Positions 41,266 through 50,038 of a stretch of DNA of 64,000 nucleotides are shown here, piece by piece (within the stretch, counting starts at the first letter, position 1; each line of letters starts with the position of its first letter). The notes beneath the pieces were generated by a model that made no database searches, was not told the DNA's origin, and saw only the letters and a list, made by a program, of their open reading frames with translations. The position numbers and the translations under genes were made by a program. Source of the stretch: Candidatus Micrarchaeota archaeon (GTDB taxonomy: Archaea > Micrarchaeota > Micrarchaeia > Norongarragalinales > SBBD01); assembly GCA_043806595.1 (NCBI GenBank), contig JAZDGU010000029.1, positions 23,576 to 87,575 of the forward strand, given 5' to 3'.

Positions 41266-41817
41266 ATGCCGGCAAGAAAATTGAACCCTGAAAGGCTCGT
41301 CAGGGAAACGCGGGAAATGCTCGAAAGGATGAACGCGGACAATCCAGTCGATTTGAAGAAAGTCAATTTCGAGTGGAATGCCTACCGGGAAAACTTCTTG
41401 CGGGGCGAACCCCACACCGTGGCCAATGCCGAACAGAACAGGGCGGTGCTGACCAAGTGGATTAGAAGCACCACGGCGTCCATCGACGCACCAAGAATGC
41501 ACAAGAAAATCCTCGCCGTTACCTTCCAGAAGGCATTCGGGAATCCGCCCATCCTCAAGGCTTCACATGTGGGAGATAGCATTGCAATGAACATTTCCGA
41601 TGGCGATTTGCGGGAATTCATGAAAAAAACGGGCGGAGCCGATGAAGCCAATGGGTTGTTAACGAAATATCAAATGGCGCATGTGAGGCTATTTGGACAC
41701 GTCGACCGGACGCCTGTTGGTACTGTCGGCCCGGTATCTCATAATATTTGGCATTCAGTTTATGCGTTAGATACGATGGTTTCCTCGCTCATAATGCGGG
41801 TACATAAGTTGGGATAA
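41266..41817 (+). CDS. Hypothetical orphan inserted between DP1 and DP2, 183 aa
   Basis: AGGTGA upstream of ATG 41266; clearly more AT-rich than both flanks; stop lies 3 nt before the DP2 start. Confidence 0.75.
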   Translation: MPARKLNPERLVRETREMLERMNADNPVDLKKVNFEWNAYRENFLRGEPHTVANAEQNRAVLTKWIRSTTASIDAPRMHKKILAVTFQKAFGNPPILKASHVGDSIAMNISDGDLREFMKKTGGADEANGLLTKYQMAHVRLFGHVDRTPVGTVGPVSHNIWHSVYALDTMVSSLIMRVHKLG

Positions 41818-41820
41818 GAC

Positions 41821-44800
41821 ATGCCAATCGCCTCGCCGGAAATGCAGAAGTACTTCGCCTCCATCGAGGCCGAGTTCGCGCGCGGCATGAAGGCGGCGCA
41901 GGAGGCGCGCAGCAGGGGGCTCGACCCGGCTGACGAGGTGGAAATCAAGCCCGCCAAGGACATCGCCTCGCGGGTTGAAGGGCTCGTTGGGCCGCCGGGG
42001 GTCGCGGACCGCATCCGAGAGATCCTCAAGGCGGAGTCCGGCAGGGCCGAGGCGGCGTTCGTCGTCAGCCGGGACATCCTCGAGGAGAGGCTGCCGACGG
42101 ACATGGGCGGCGTGCAGACGGAATACGAGAGGAAGGAAAGGCTGCTCGAGCAGGCGGTCAGGACGGGGCTGGCGCTTTTCACGGAAGGCGTGGTGTCCGC
42201 GCCCATCGAGGGAATCACGAAGGTGAAGCTGAAGAGGAATGCGGACGGCACCGATTATGCCGCGGTGTATTTTTCGGGGCCGATAAGGGGGGCGGGAGGC
42301 ACGGGACAGGCGTTCACTCTACTGCTCGCCGACCACGGGAGGAGGCTGCTCGGCATCGGCGACTACCGCGCGACCGCGACGGAGAGCGACAGGTACGTCG
42401 AGGAGAGCAACCTCTACGCGATAAAGACGCGCGCAGGGCAGTACGTGCCGACGGAGGAGGAGGTCAGGCACATCGCCGCCAACTGCCCCGTGTGCATCAC
42501 CGGCGACCCGACGGAGGACTACGAGGTGAACGTCAACAAGGGCACGCTCAACGTCGACAGCGACAGGGTGCGGGGGGGCATGTGCCTCGTGCTGAGCGAG
42601 GGCGTCTGCCTCAAGGCCGCGAAGATTCTCAAGATAAGCAAGAAGGCGGGGCTGCAGTGGCAGTGGCTGGAGAAGCTCATCAAGGTCGCGAAAAAGGGCG
42701 AGCAGAGGACGGAGCTCAAGCCAGTGGACAAGTTCATCGAGGAAATCGTCGGGGGCAGGCCCATATTCGCGTATCCGATGCGCCCCGGCGGCTTCAGGCT
42801 CAGGTACGGCAGGACGAGGTTCACGGGAATCGCCAGCAAGGCTGTGCATCCCGCGACTATGGTCATCCTCGACGAGTTCCTCGCGATCGGCACGCAGATG
42901 AAGATCGAGAGGCCGGGGAAGGGGTGCATCGTCACGCCGTGCTCGGCTGTCGACGGGCCCGTCGTCAGGCTGCAGGACGGCGAGGTAAGGCAGGTGGACT
43001 CCGTCGAGGAGGCGTACGACGTGCGCGGGCGCGTGGAGAAGATCCTATTCGTGGGGGACCTGCTGGTCAACTACGGCGACTTTCTGAAGGCCAACCACCC
43101 GCTCGTGCCGTCCGCATGGTGCGACGAGTGGTATTCGCTCGAGCTTGCGGCGAAGGGCGTGAAGAAGACGGCGGAGGAACTGAAGTCAATGCCTGCGGAC
43201 GAGGCCTTCGCGCTTTCGCAGAGGCACGGGGTGCCGCTTGCGCCGAAATACACGTATTTCTGGCACGACCTGGACGCCGACGAGCTGAGGCAGCTTGCTG
43301 AATGGCTGTGCAAGGGCAGGCTGGTGTTCGAGTGGTTCGACTTCAAGGGCTACGCCGCGCCGCTGGAGGGGAAGGGCAAGGAATTGTTGGAGCGGCTGGG
43401 AGTGCCCCACAAGGTGGAGGCCGGCCACGTCAAGTTCGAAAAGGAGAACGCGAACGCCGTGCTCAAGACCCTCGGGCTCGTGCACGACCGCTCGCTCTCG
43501 ATGCAGAGGTTCAACGCGGCATTCGCAGGCGACAAGGACGCGTTGCACGTCCTCGAAGCGTCCTCCGGGGTCAAGCTCAGGAGGAAGGCCGGCATATACA
43601 TCGGGGGGAGCATGGGGCGGCCGGAGAAGTCCAAGGAAAGGAAGATGAAGCCGCCCGTGCACTCGCTTTTCCCCATCGGCGAATGGGGCGGGAAGACCCG
43701 CGGGCTCGTGAAGGCGCTCAAGACCCTCAAGGAGAAGAGCAACGGCAAAATCGAGGTCGAGGCGGAGATCAACGTCTGCCCCATCTGCGGCCGCAGGGTG
43801 TTCGGCAGGACATGCACGTCGTGCAACGAGAGGGCCGAAAGGAGGAAGGTGTGCTCCAACCCCAAGTGCGCCAAGATTTCGCCGTTCAAGGAGACCAAGT
43901 GCAGGCACTGCAATTCCTCTCTGAAGTCTTCGGAGATGCAGGTCGTGGACTTTGCATCTGCATTCGAGGAGGCCGTGAGAAAGGCCGGCTTTCGGCCCGA
44001 GGAGGTCAAGGGCGTGCAGGGCCTGATTTCCGCGACCAAGACCCCGGAGCTGCTGGAGAAGGGCATCCTGCGCGCCAAGCACCGCCTGTCGGTTTTCAGG
44101 GACGGCACATGCAGGTTTGACGGCACCGAAATCCCGGTGACCCATTTCGTGCCGAAGGAGTCCGGGATAACCGTGGAGGACGCGAAGGCGCTCGGGTATG
44201 AGAAGGACAAGGACGGCCTCCCGCTGAACACGGATACGCAGGTCGTAGAACTCAAGCCTCAGGACGTCATTCTTTCGGACTACGCGTCCGAATACCTCGT
44301 CCGAGTCGCGTGCTTTGCCGACGACCTGCTCGTCTACGAGTACGGCCTGCAGCCGTATTACAACGCCAAGACGCCGCGCGACCTGCTCGGGAAGCTCGTG
44401 GTCTCCATCGCGCCGCACACCTCAGCTGGCATACTCGGGCGCATCATCGGGTTCAGCAACATGCGCGGCCTGATGGCCCATCCGTACCTGCATTGCGCTT
44501 GCAGGCGGAACGCCGACGGGGACGAGATATCGTTCATCCTGCTCGTGGACGCGCTGCTCAACTTCTCGACCTTCTACCTGCCGGAGACGCGCGGCGGCAA
44601 GATGGACGCGCCGCTCGTGCTTACGACGCTCCTCGACCCCAACGAGATCGACGACGAGGCGCACGCCATGGACTCCGCGTCGTCGTACCCGCTCGAGTTC
44701 TACGAGGCGACGCTCAACATGGCGTCGCCGGGCGAGGTCGCCATCGAGACCGTGGCAAAGCGGCTGAACACGGAGGGGCAGTACGAGGGCCTGGGGTACA

Positions 44801-45252
44801 CGCACGAGGCGGCGCTCGAGGGGCCGATCGAGACGAAATACGTCCAGCTCACGAACATGCGGGAGAAGGTCGAAATCGAGCTCGAGCTGATGGGAAAAAT
44901 CAGGGCCGTGGACTCGCAGAACGCCGCCGAGAAGATAATCCTCTCCCACTTCCTGCCGGACCTCTACGGCAACCTGCACAAGTTCAGCAAGCAGCAGTTC
45001 CGTTGCGTCGACTGCAACAGGAAGTTCAGGCGCGTGCCCCTGCAGGGCAAGTGCACCAAGTGCGGCGGCAAGCTGCTGCTGACGATCAACAAGGGCGGGA
45101 TTAAAAAATACCTCAACCTATCAAAGCAACTGGCCGAGCGGTTCAACCTGCCGGTCTACCTCAAGCAGAGGCTGCTGCTCATCGAGAAGGAGATAGAGAG
45201 CATCTTCGAGGGCGACAAGAGGAAGCAGTTCAGTCTGGCAGATTACGCATGA
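41821..45252 (+). CDS. polC: DNA polymerase D large subunit DP2
   Basis: GPIRGAGGT, GFRLRYGR, RRNADGDE catalytic motif, two Zn modules, C-terminal PIP-like QFSLADY; no intein. Confidence 0.97.
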   Translation: MPIASPEMQKYFASIEAEFARGMKAAQEARSRGLDPADEVEIKPAKDIASRVEGLVGPPGVADRIREILKAESGRAEAAFVVSRDILEERLPTDMGGVQTEYERKERLLEQAVRTGLALFTEGVVSAPIEGITKVKLKRNADGTDYAAVYFSGPIRGAGGTGQAFTLLLADHGRRLLGIGDYRATATESDRYVEESNLYAIKTRAGQYVPTEEEVRHIAANCPVCITGDPTEDYEVNVNKGTLNVDSDRVRGGMCLVLSEGVCLKAAKILKISKKAGLQWQWLEKLIKVAKKGEQRTELKPVDKFIEEIVGGRPIFAYPMRPGGFRLRYGRTRFTGIASKAVHPATMVILDEFLAIGTQMKIERPGKGCIVTPCSAVDGPVVRLQDGEVRQVDSVEEAYDVRGRVEKILFVGDLLVNYGDFLKANHPLVPSAWCDEWYSLELAAKGVKKTAEELKSMPADEAFALSQRHGVPLAPKYTYFWHDLDADELRQLAEWLCKGRLVFEWFDFKGYAAPLEGKGKELLERLGVPHKVEAGHVKFEKENANAVLKTLGLVHDRSLSMQRFNAAFAGDKDALHVLEASSGVKLRRKAGIYIGGSMGRPEKSKERKMKPPVHSLFPIGEWGGKTRGLVKALKTLKEKSNGKIEVEAEINVCPICGRRVFGRTCTSCNERAERRKVCSNPKCAKISPFKETKCRHCNSSLKSSEMQVVDFASAFEEAVRKAGFRPEEVKGVQGLISATKTPELLEKGILRAKHRLSVFRDGTCRFDGTEIPVTHFVPKESGITVEDAKALGYEKDKDGLPLNTDTQVVELKPQDVILSDYASEYLVRVACFADDLLVYEYGLQPYYNAKTPRDLLGKLVVSIAPHTSAGILGRIIGFSNMRGLMAHPYLHCACRRNADGDEISFILLVDALLNFSTFYLPETRGGKMDAPLVLTTLLDPNEIDDEAHAMDSASSYPLEFYEATLNMASPGEVAIETVAKRLNTEGQYEGLGYTHEAALEGPIETKYVQLTNMREKVEIELELMGKIRAVDSQNAAEKIILSHFLPDLYGNLHKFSKQQFRCVDCNRKFRRVPLQGKCTKCGGKLLLTINKGGIKKYLNLSKQLAERFNLPVYLKQRLLLIEKEIESIFEGDKRKQFSLADYA

Positions 45253-45317
45253 ATAGGCAAATTGTTCTTTGGCGCGGCGCCATCGCACCTTTCTTACAAG
45301 AAAGGGGCAAGGCAAGC

Positions 45318-45380
45318 GAAATCGAGAGCATCTTCGAGGGCGACAAGAGAAAACAATTCAGCCTCGCGGACTACGCGTGA
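45318..45380 (+). repeat. Second copy of the last 21 codons of polC (copy 1 at 45190-45252)
   Basis: 53/63 nt identical; all 10 differences are synonymous third positions; both read EIESIFEGDKRKQFSLADYA-stop. Confidence 0.95.
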
Positions 45381-45566
45381 ACCCGACAGTGACTCAAGGA
45401 GCGGGAGGCGCAACGAAGTAGCGGCCCGAGCAATCGCAGTACGAGGGAAAAGGCTTAAGATGGAACGCCCCGAGAGTGCAGAAGTCGAACACTGCGAGCT
45501 CGGCGCGATGGATGGAAAACCGCGCTTTGCAGGGGCTTTTTATTTCCAGTAGGGGAAAAGGCAAGT

Positions 45567-46649
45567 ATGCCGCCGAAACTGCTGGTTGTCCACGACGAGC
45601 CTGGCGTAAGGCAACTGATTACCAACACCATAGGGGAACATGGGATGACCGCAGCCCCGGCCAAGTTCCCATTGGATATTCCAGGCGAAATCCGGGCGCA
45701 CAAACCTACCCATGTAATCATCGACTGGCAGCTCACCGACCACGTCACATTCGACCTCAGCCGCATCAGGTGGCCCAACGAAGCAATGCGGCGCTACGTC
45801 ATGGAAGGCCGCTCGGAACAGCAGGCGCTGAAATTCATGAGGGACGCAGATCCAAGCGAGCCAAACGCGAGGCAACTGCTCCAGCTCGCAACCCAAGCTG
45901 AAGTAAAAATGCCGGTAACCGGACTTTCGGTCGCGCGCGAAGTGCTTGAACGCCACCCGAAAGTAAAGGTCGCAATCTACTCCTACGCCATGGAAGAAGA
46001 CCTGCTAAAAAGCCCGCAATACCGCGAACTCCATGACCGCTTCCCCGACAGGCTGACAAACATCACGGCCCACCAAGACGGACTAAAAATATATCTGGAA
46101 GCTCTCAAAAACCGTCGGGCCGTAAACGTTAAAGCAATGCGAGCACCAGAAGTAAACATTTCCAGCCGAAAATTCTTTAACGAAACCAGAAGAAAGGTCA
46201 ATAGGCTCTATGCCCAACAGCCCTATGATTTAGACGAATTACTAGATGGAAAGCCGGATGCAGTAGCCAAATACAAAAGAATAAAGAAAAAAATATTACA
46301 CTTTACGCTAGGACGAATAGCATCGGCGACAACCGGCACTCCTAGGCAAAAAAAAGAATTGAAGCGGTTACTTCTTCAAGTATATGAACGCCAAGATTTG
46401 TCAAAAAATGCGATATCTGCTGCAACCCGAATCTATGGCAGCCCACAACGCGCAATTAAACAACTTACGCCCGCCGTCCGCACATTATCGGCACAAGACT
46501 CTGAAGTAGCCAAGTTCTTGCAGCAGCCCGAAATATTCAACCGCCCAGACCATAATCTCTTTGTATTGCTCCCGGCCCAAATGGGAACAGTAGAATACTT
46601 GATTCATGCGCTCAAAAGTATTGCACAAAAAAGAGCGAATGCCGCGTAG
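45567..46649 (+). CDS. Protein with a degenerate, interrupted receiver (REC)-like domain and a basic helical C-terminus
   Basis: KLLVVHDEPGVRQLI...KPTHVIIDWQL, then ~50 aa, then MPVTGLSVAREVLERHPKVKVAIYS. Confidence 0.7.
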   Translation: MPPKLLVVHDEPGVRQLITNTIGEHGMTAAPAKFPLDIPGEIRAHKPTHVIIDWQLTDHVTFDLSRIRWPNEAMRRYVMEGRSEQQALKFMRDADPSEPNARQLLQLATQAEVKMPVTGLSVAREVLERHPKVKVAIYSYAMEEDLLKSPQYRELHDRFPDRLTNITAHQDGLKIYLEALKNRRAVNVKAMRAPEVNISSRKFFNETRRKVNRLYAQQPYDLDELLDGKPDAVAKYKRIKKKILHFTLGRIASATTGTPRQKKELKRLLLQVYERQDLSKNAISAATRIYGSPQRAIKQLTPAVRTLSAQDSEVAKFLQQPEIFNRPDHNLFVLLPAQMGTVEYLIHALKSIAQKRANAA

Positions 46650-46857
46650 GGGAAATGCTCGCCGCGGTGGACAACCTGCAAACTGCTAGTACCGCGACGC
46701 AAGTAAATGCCCCAAAAGCAAAGAACCAAGGCATTTACGCAGTAAGTGGGGGTTTGCGGAAGCTTGAAAGGAGAAACAGCAAGCTCGGGCTGGAAGTGGA
46801 AAACCCGGCCGATATAGCTGATATTATATATCGGCGCCAAATAGTTATAGAAAACAA

Positions 46858-48651
46858 ATGAATCGGCTAACGTGGGGTTTGCTGTTCTTTTCCATGCTTA
46901 ATGCTGCCACCCATGCATATACCGCAGACGAAGTGTTCAATGGCACATTGAAAGTCGGAGAAAATGTCCTCTTTTCATCAGGATACTGGATTCAGTTAGA
47001 TGGTCTAACCGAATATTCAGCATACGAGGAACCGCCGACAAACCCATTTATTCGAGCCTTTTTCACAATCGGAGGAGAGGGGCCTACCGCAGCTCGAGCA
47101 TACGCGAGCCAATACGAAGGTACGCGAGTTGTCGAACAAGCCCGCAACTTATCAATCACAATACTCTCCGCATTTGGAGGGACTACGGACGAGGATGCGC
47201 ACCTAAATGTTCACATTATCTCGGAAAACACGGATATGCCCGCCTCAATCATCTTTAACCTGAATCCTTCTGAGAATAATTATCCACTTTTCCAGGTAGA
47301 CCAACTCTACGAGGGCCCCCTGACGGTCGGCGATTCCGTTGTCTTTTCGTCGGGGTACCGGATCCAGCTGACCGACATTGCTGGCGGTGCACCCGAGGAC
47401 ACCAACCGTAACTCCCGCAGTTCATTCATGATTTTTGGGAAAGATGAAAACGTTCTCAAACAATTTTCAATTCATAACAATACAAGCCACAACGAGCCAA
47501 ACGCCGGCAACCTGAGCATTACGATAAAAAACATGTTCCCAGGAGACTGGGGGCGGGAAGCATATGTAATAGCATCCATTACCTCAAAAACCGGTAAAAC
47601 CCGCGCCCTAAACACGCCACCGACCCCATCTTCACCCCCCACCCCCTCCCCAAAAGACTGCATTTCAAATGCCTGCGCTCAACCATATTTTCAACAGTAC
47701 CCAACTTACAGCACACATGAAGAATTCAACGGAACTCTTCAAGCTGGAGAATGGGTAAACTTCTCTTCAGGATACGCCGTCCAATTCCTCGAACAAAGGG
47801 GATTCCCCGCCGGAATACCACAGAACGGGCAGGCAACGGGGCTTGCTATAGGGTACGAAAACGGCACGGTAATAACGATTATGCCGATAAACTCATCAGA
47901 GGGCACGGTATTCATTCCCGAAGCAAACGATCTGGCTATTCGCCTGTTTTCCATTTTAAAGAACAAAGCCAATGCCAAAATGAAAGCCGAGATAAACCTA
48001 TATTCAAAAGCCAATACTTCCTCCGAAAATCCATTAGATAATAATTCATACCACCAAGCACACTATGTTGGCCATGTCTTTGAAGGAAAAGTATTCATGG
48101 GGGATTCTGTCGTCCTGTCATCAAAATATCGGGTTTTCATTTACGATCTTGCAGGCAGGGCATGGGGAGGATACCCTAGCCCCAACCGACTTTCGGTCCA
48201 AATATCCAGAAACGATGCAAACGTGATAAAGCAATTTGGATTAGAAGAGGACCAAACGCACTCGGAACCAAGTCTCGACAACTTAACCGTCACGCTAACA
48301 AAACTGTATCCAGGGGGATTTGGCCTTGAAGCCTACGCAATAGTCCGCATAGAAAAAAGCCCTGGAAACCTGCAGGTAAAGAACGTACCGCCACCGACGC
48401 CAACCCCCTGCCCCAATGAATCAATCCAATGCCCAGACGGCACCCGCGCATACCGTACCGAACCGAATTGTACATTCCAACCCTGCCCAACAATAACCCC
48501 CACAACTACACCAAGCCCGAACCCAACAATGATCCCGCAGCCGACAACAAAAAATAATGAACAAAAAGGTTGGACGGAAAACCTAGCTGATTTCATCAAC
48601 GGAATAATACGATTCCTAAACAGCCTATTTGGGATAAAACAAACCGGATAG
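46858..48651 (+). CDS. Secreted protein with four S-layer-like repeats, Pro/Thr linkers and a small Cys module
   Basis: Signal peptide; four (F/Y)(N/E)G...G(E/D)xVx(F/L)SS(G/K)Y repeats; CPNESIQCPDG...CTFQPCP; amphipathic tail FINGIIRFLNSLFG. Confidence 0.85.
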   Translation: MNRLTWGLLFFSMLNAATHAYTADEVFNGTLKVGENVLFSSGYWIQLDGLTEYSAYEEPPTNPFIRAFFTIGGEGPTAARAYASQYEGTRVVEQARNLSITILSAFGGTTDEDAHLNVHIISENTDMPASIIFNLNPSENNYPLFQVDQLYEGPLTVGDSVVFSSGYRIQLTDIAGGAPEDTNRNSRSSFMIFGKDENVLKQFSIHNNTSHNEPNAGNLSITIKNMFPGDWGREAYVIASITSKTGKTRALNTPPTPSSPPTPSPKDCISNACAQPYFQQYPTYSTHEEFNGTLQAGEWVNFSSGYAVQFLEQRGFPAGIPQNGQATGLAIGYENGTVITIMPINSSEGTVFIPEANDLAIRLFSILKNKANAKMKAEINLYSKANTSSENPLDNNSYHQAHYVGHVFEGKVFMGDSVVLSSKYRVFIYDLAGRAWGGYPSPNRLSVQISRNDANVIKQFGLEEDQTHSEPSLDNLTVTLTKLYPGGFGLEAYAIVRIEKSPGNLQVKNVPPPTPTPCPNESIQCPDGTRAYRTEPNCTFQPCPTITPTTTPSPNPTMIPQPTTKNNEQKGWTENLADFINGIIRFLNSLFGIKQTG

Positions 48652-48702
48652 GGATGCCAAGCGCGCTTCCTGGCAGGGTCCCGTCTTTTCACAAGACGGC
48701 AA

Positions 48703-48767
48703 TATTCGGCATGAAATCGTAGTATTCGGCAAGAAACCGAATAGAAACATTAATTAATATTAATTAA
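48703..48767. promoter_or_regulatory. Candidate operator region: tandem TATTCGGCA repeats and a perfect 18-bp AT palindrome
   Basis: TATTCGGCATGAAATCGTAG followed by TATTCGGCAAGAAACCGAATA; TTAATTAATATTAATTAA at 48750-48767. Confidence 0.5.
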
Positions 48768-48800
48768 CGATAGTATCTTGAGTTTAGTCATGTGGTTTGA

Positions 48801-49946
48801 ATGACCAATCCCTACGACCCCCAAAGCCCCGCAAAACCCGATTTCTTCGGTGGAAGGAAGCATATCCTTGAAACCGTGAAGGAAAGGATAGAAAAAGCAA
48901 GGGAGCAAAGACAGTCCGGCGGCGTGCTCGTGTATGGATATCGCGGCGTGGGGAAAACAAGCGTGCTCAATAAGATAAGGAGCATGGTCACGCCCGAGGA
49001 AGGACAGCCGCTGAACAACATCCTTGTGCTCTACCGTCGGCTGGGCAAGACCACGTCAGACGCGGAGCTGTACCAAATCATTGTGGAAAGCCTGCTAGAA
49101 GGAATCGAGCAGAGGAAAACCGCACTGGACAAATTAACCGGCCTGCCGGATAAAATCAAGTCGGCAAAAATCTTCAACATAGAATTCGCAATCAATGACG
49201 ATTGGAAGCAGAAGACGCCCTTCCTCAAGTGGCGCCAACTTGCGGAAAACCTCGAAAACGTTGAACTGATAATAATCGAAATCGACGACGCCGACCACCT
49301 GTCCCCGGAAGCACTCGGGGAACTCAAGACTATCGTAGAGGAACAGAACGAGACCCCGGTCGTTCTCGTCGTCTCCGGGGGGTACGAATTCGAGTCTAGG
49401 CTTGTCGAGGACTATTCACCGATTGCCAGGATTTTTTCAGGAGCCAGCTTCAACTTGGGGGAATTCAATGTCGAAGAGACGCGGGAAGTCCTTGAAAAGC
49501 CGCTTCGGGATGGCACGACCCTCTGGGAGGAAAGCGGCATTCACGCGGTTCAAAAGCTGTCGGGCGGCTATCCCTATCTAGTTCAATGCATCGCGAGCGC
49601 AAGCTATGCCGAAGGAACGCGGATAGGCGCTGAAAGGGTGGAGAAATCGACGAACGCCGCCCTTGAAATCGGAAAGCCATGGCTGAGCCACGAGCTCGAA
49701 AACGCATCGGATAACGACATCATAAGCTTCCTGAAAATAGTTAAAAGCAACAAGTCGCCGATTAAAAGCTCGGAGATGAGCCGGCTCGGCGTCTCTCCCC
49801 CGTACGTCGGTCGGCTCGTGAAGCTGAATGTCCTCAAACAGGTCAGCAGGGGCAGATATATCATCAAGAAGCCACCCATCATCGCCTACTACCATGCACT
49901 GCTCCGAAAAGTAACTACGGAAACCCTCGGCGAGCTACAGAAGTAG
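48801..49946 (+). CDS. Archaeal AAA/STAND-like ATPase with a probable C-terminal wHTH
   Basis: NPY...FFGGR, GYRGVGKTS, IIIEIDDAD, SGGYPYLVQ and RLVKLNVLKQVSRGRY. Confidence 0.88.
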   Translation: MTNPYDPQSPAKPDFFGGRKHILETVKERIEKAREQRQSGGVLVYGYRGVGKTSVLNKIRSMVTPEEGQPLNNILVLYRRLGKTTSDAELYQIIVESLLEGIEQRKTALDKLTGLPDKIKSAKIFNIEFAINDDWKQKTPFLKWRQLAENLENVELIIIEIDDADHLSPEALGELKTIVEEQNETPVVLVVSGGYEFESRLVEDYSPIARIFSGASFNLGEFNVEETREVLEKPLRDGTTLWEESGIHAVQKLSGGYPYLVQCIASASYAEGTRIGAERVEKSTNAALEIGKPWLSHELENASDNDIISFLKIVKSNKSPIKSSEMSRLGVSPPYVGRLVKLNVLKQVSRGRYIIKKPPIIAYYHALLRKVTTETLGELQK

Positions 49947-50038
49947 GATTGCGATAAAATAAGCCAAGTATTTACCTCCGCTCCCCGATAGCTTTAATAA
50001 ATAGTTTAACTGCAGCCTATTCGGGGGAAATCGTGGGC

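Noticed and set aside
46655..46861. 68-aa ORF in the island
   Set aside because: No motif, and it coincides with strongly base-paired sequence; treated as probably non-coding.
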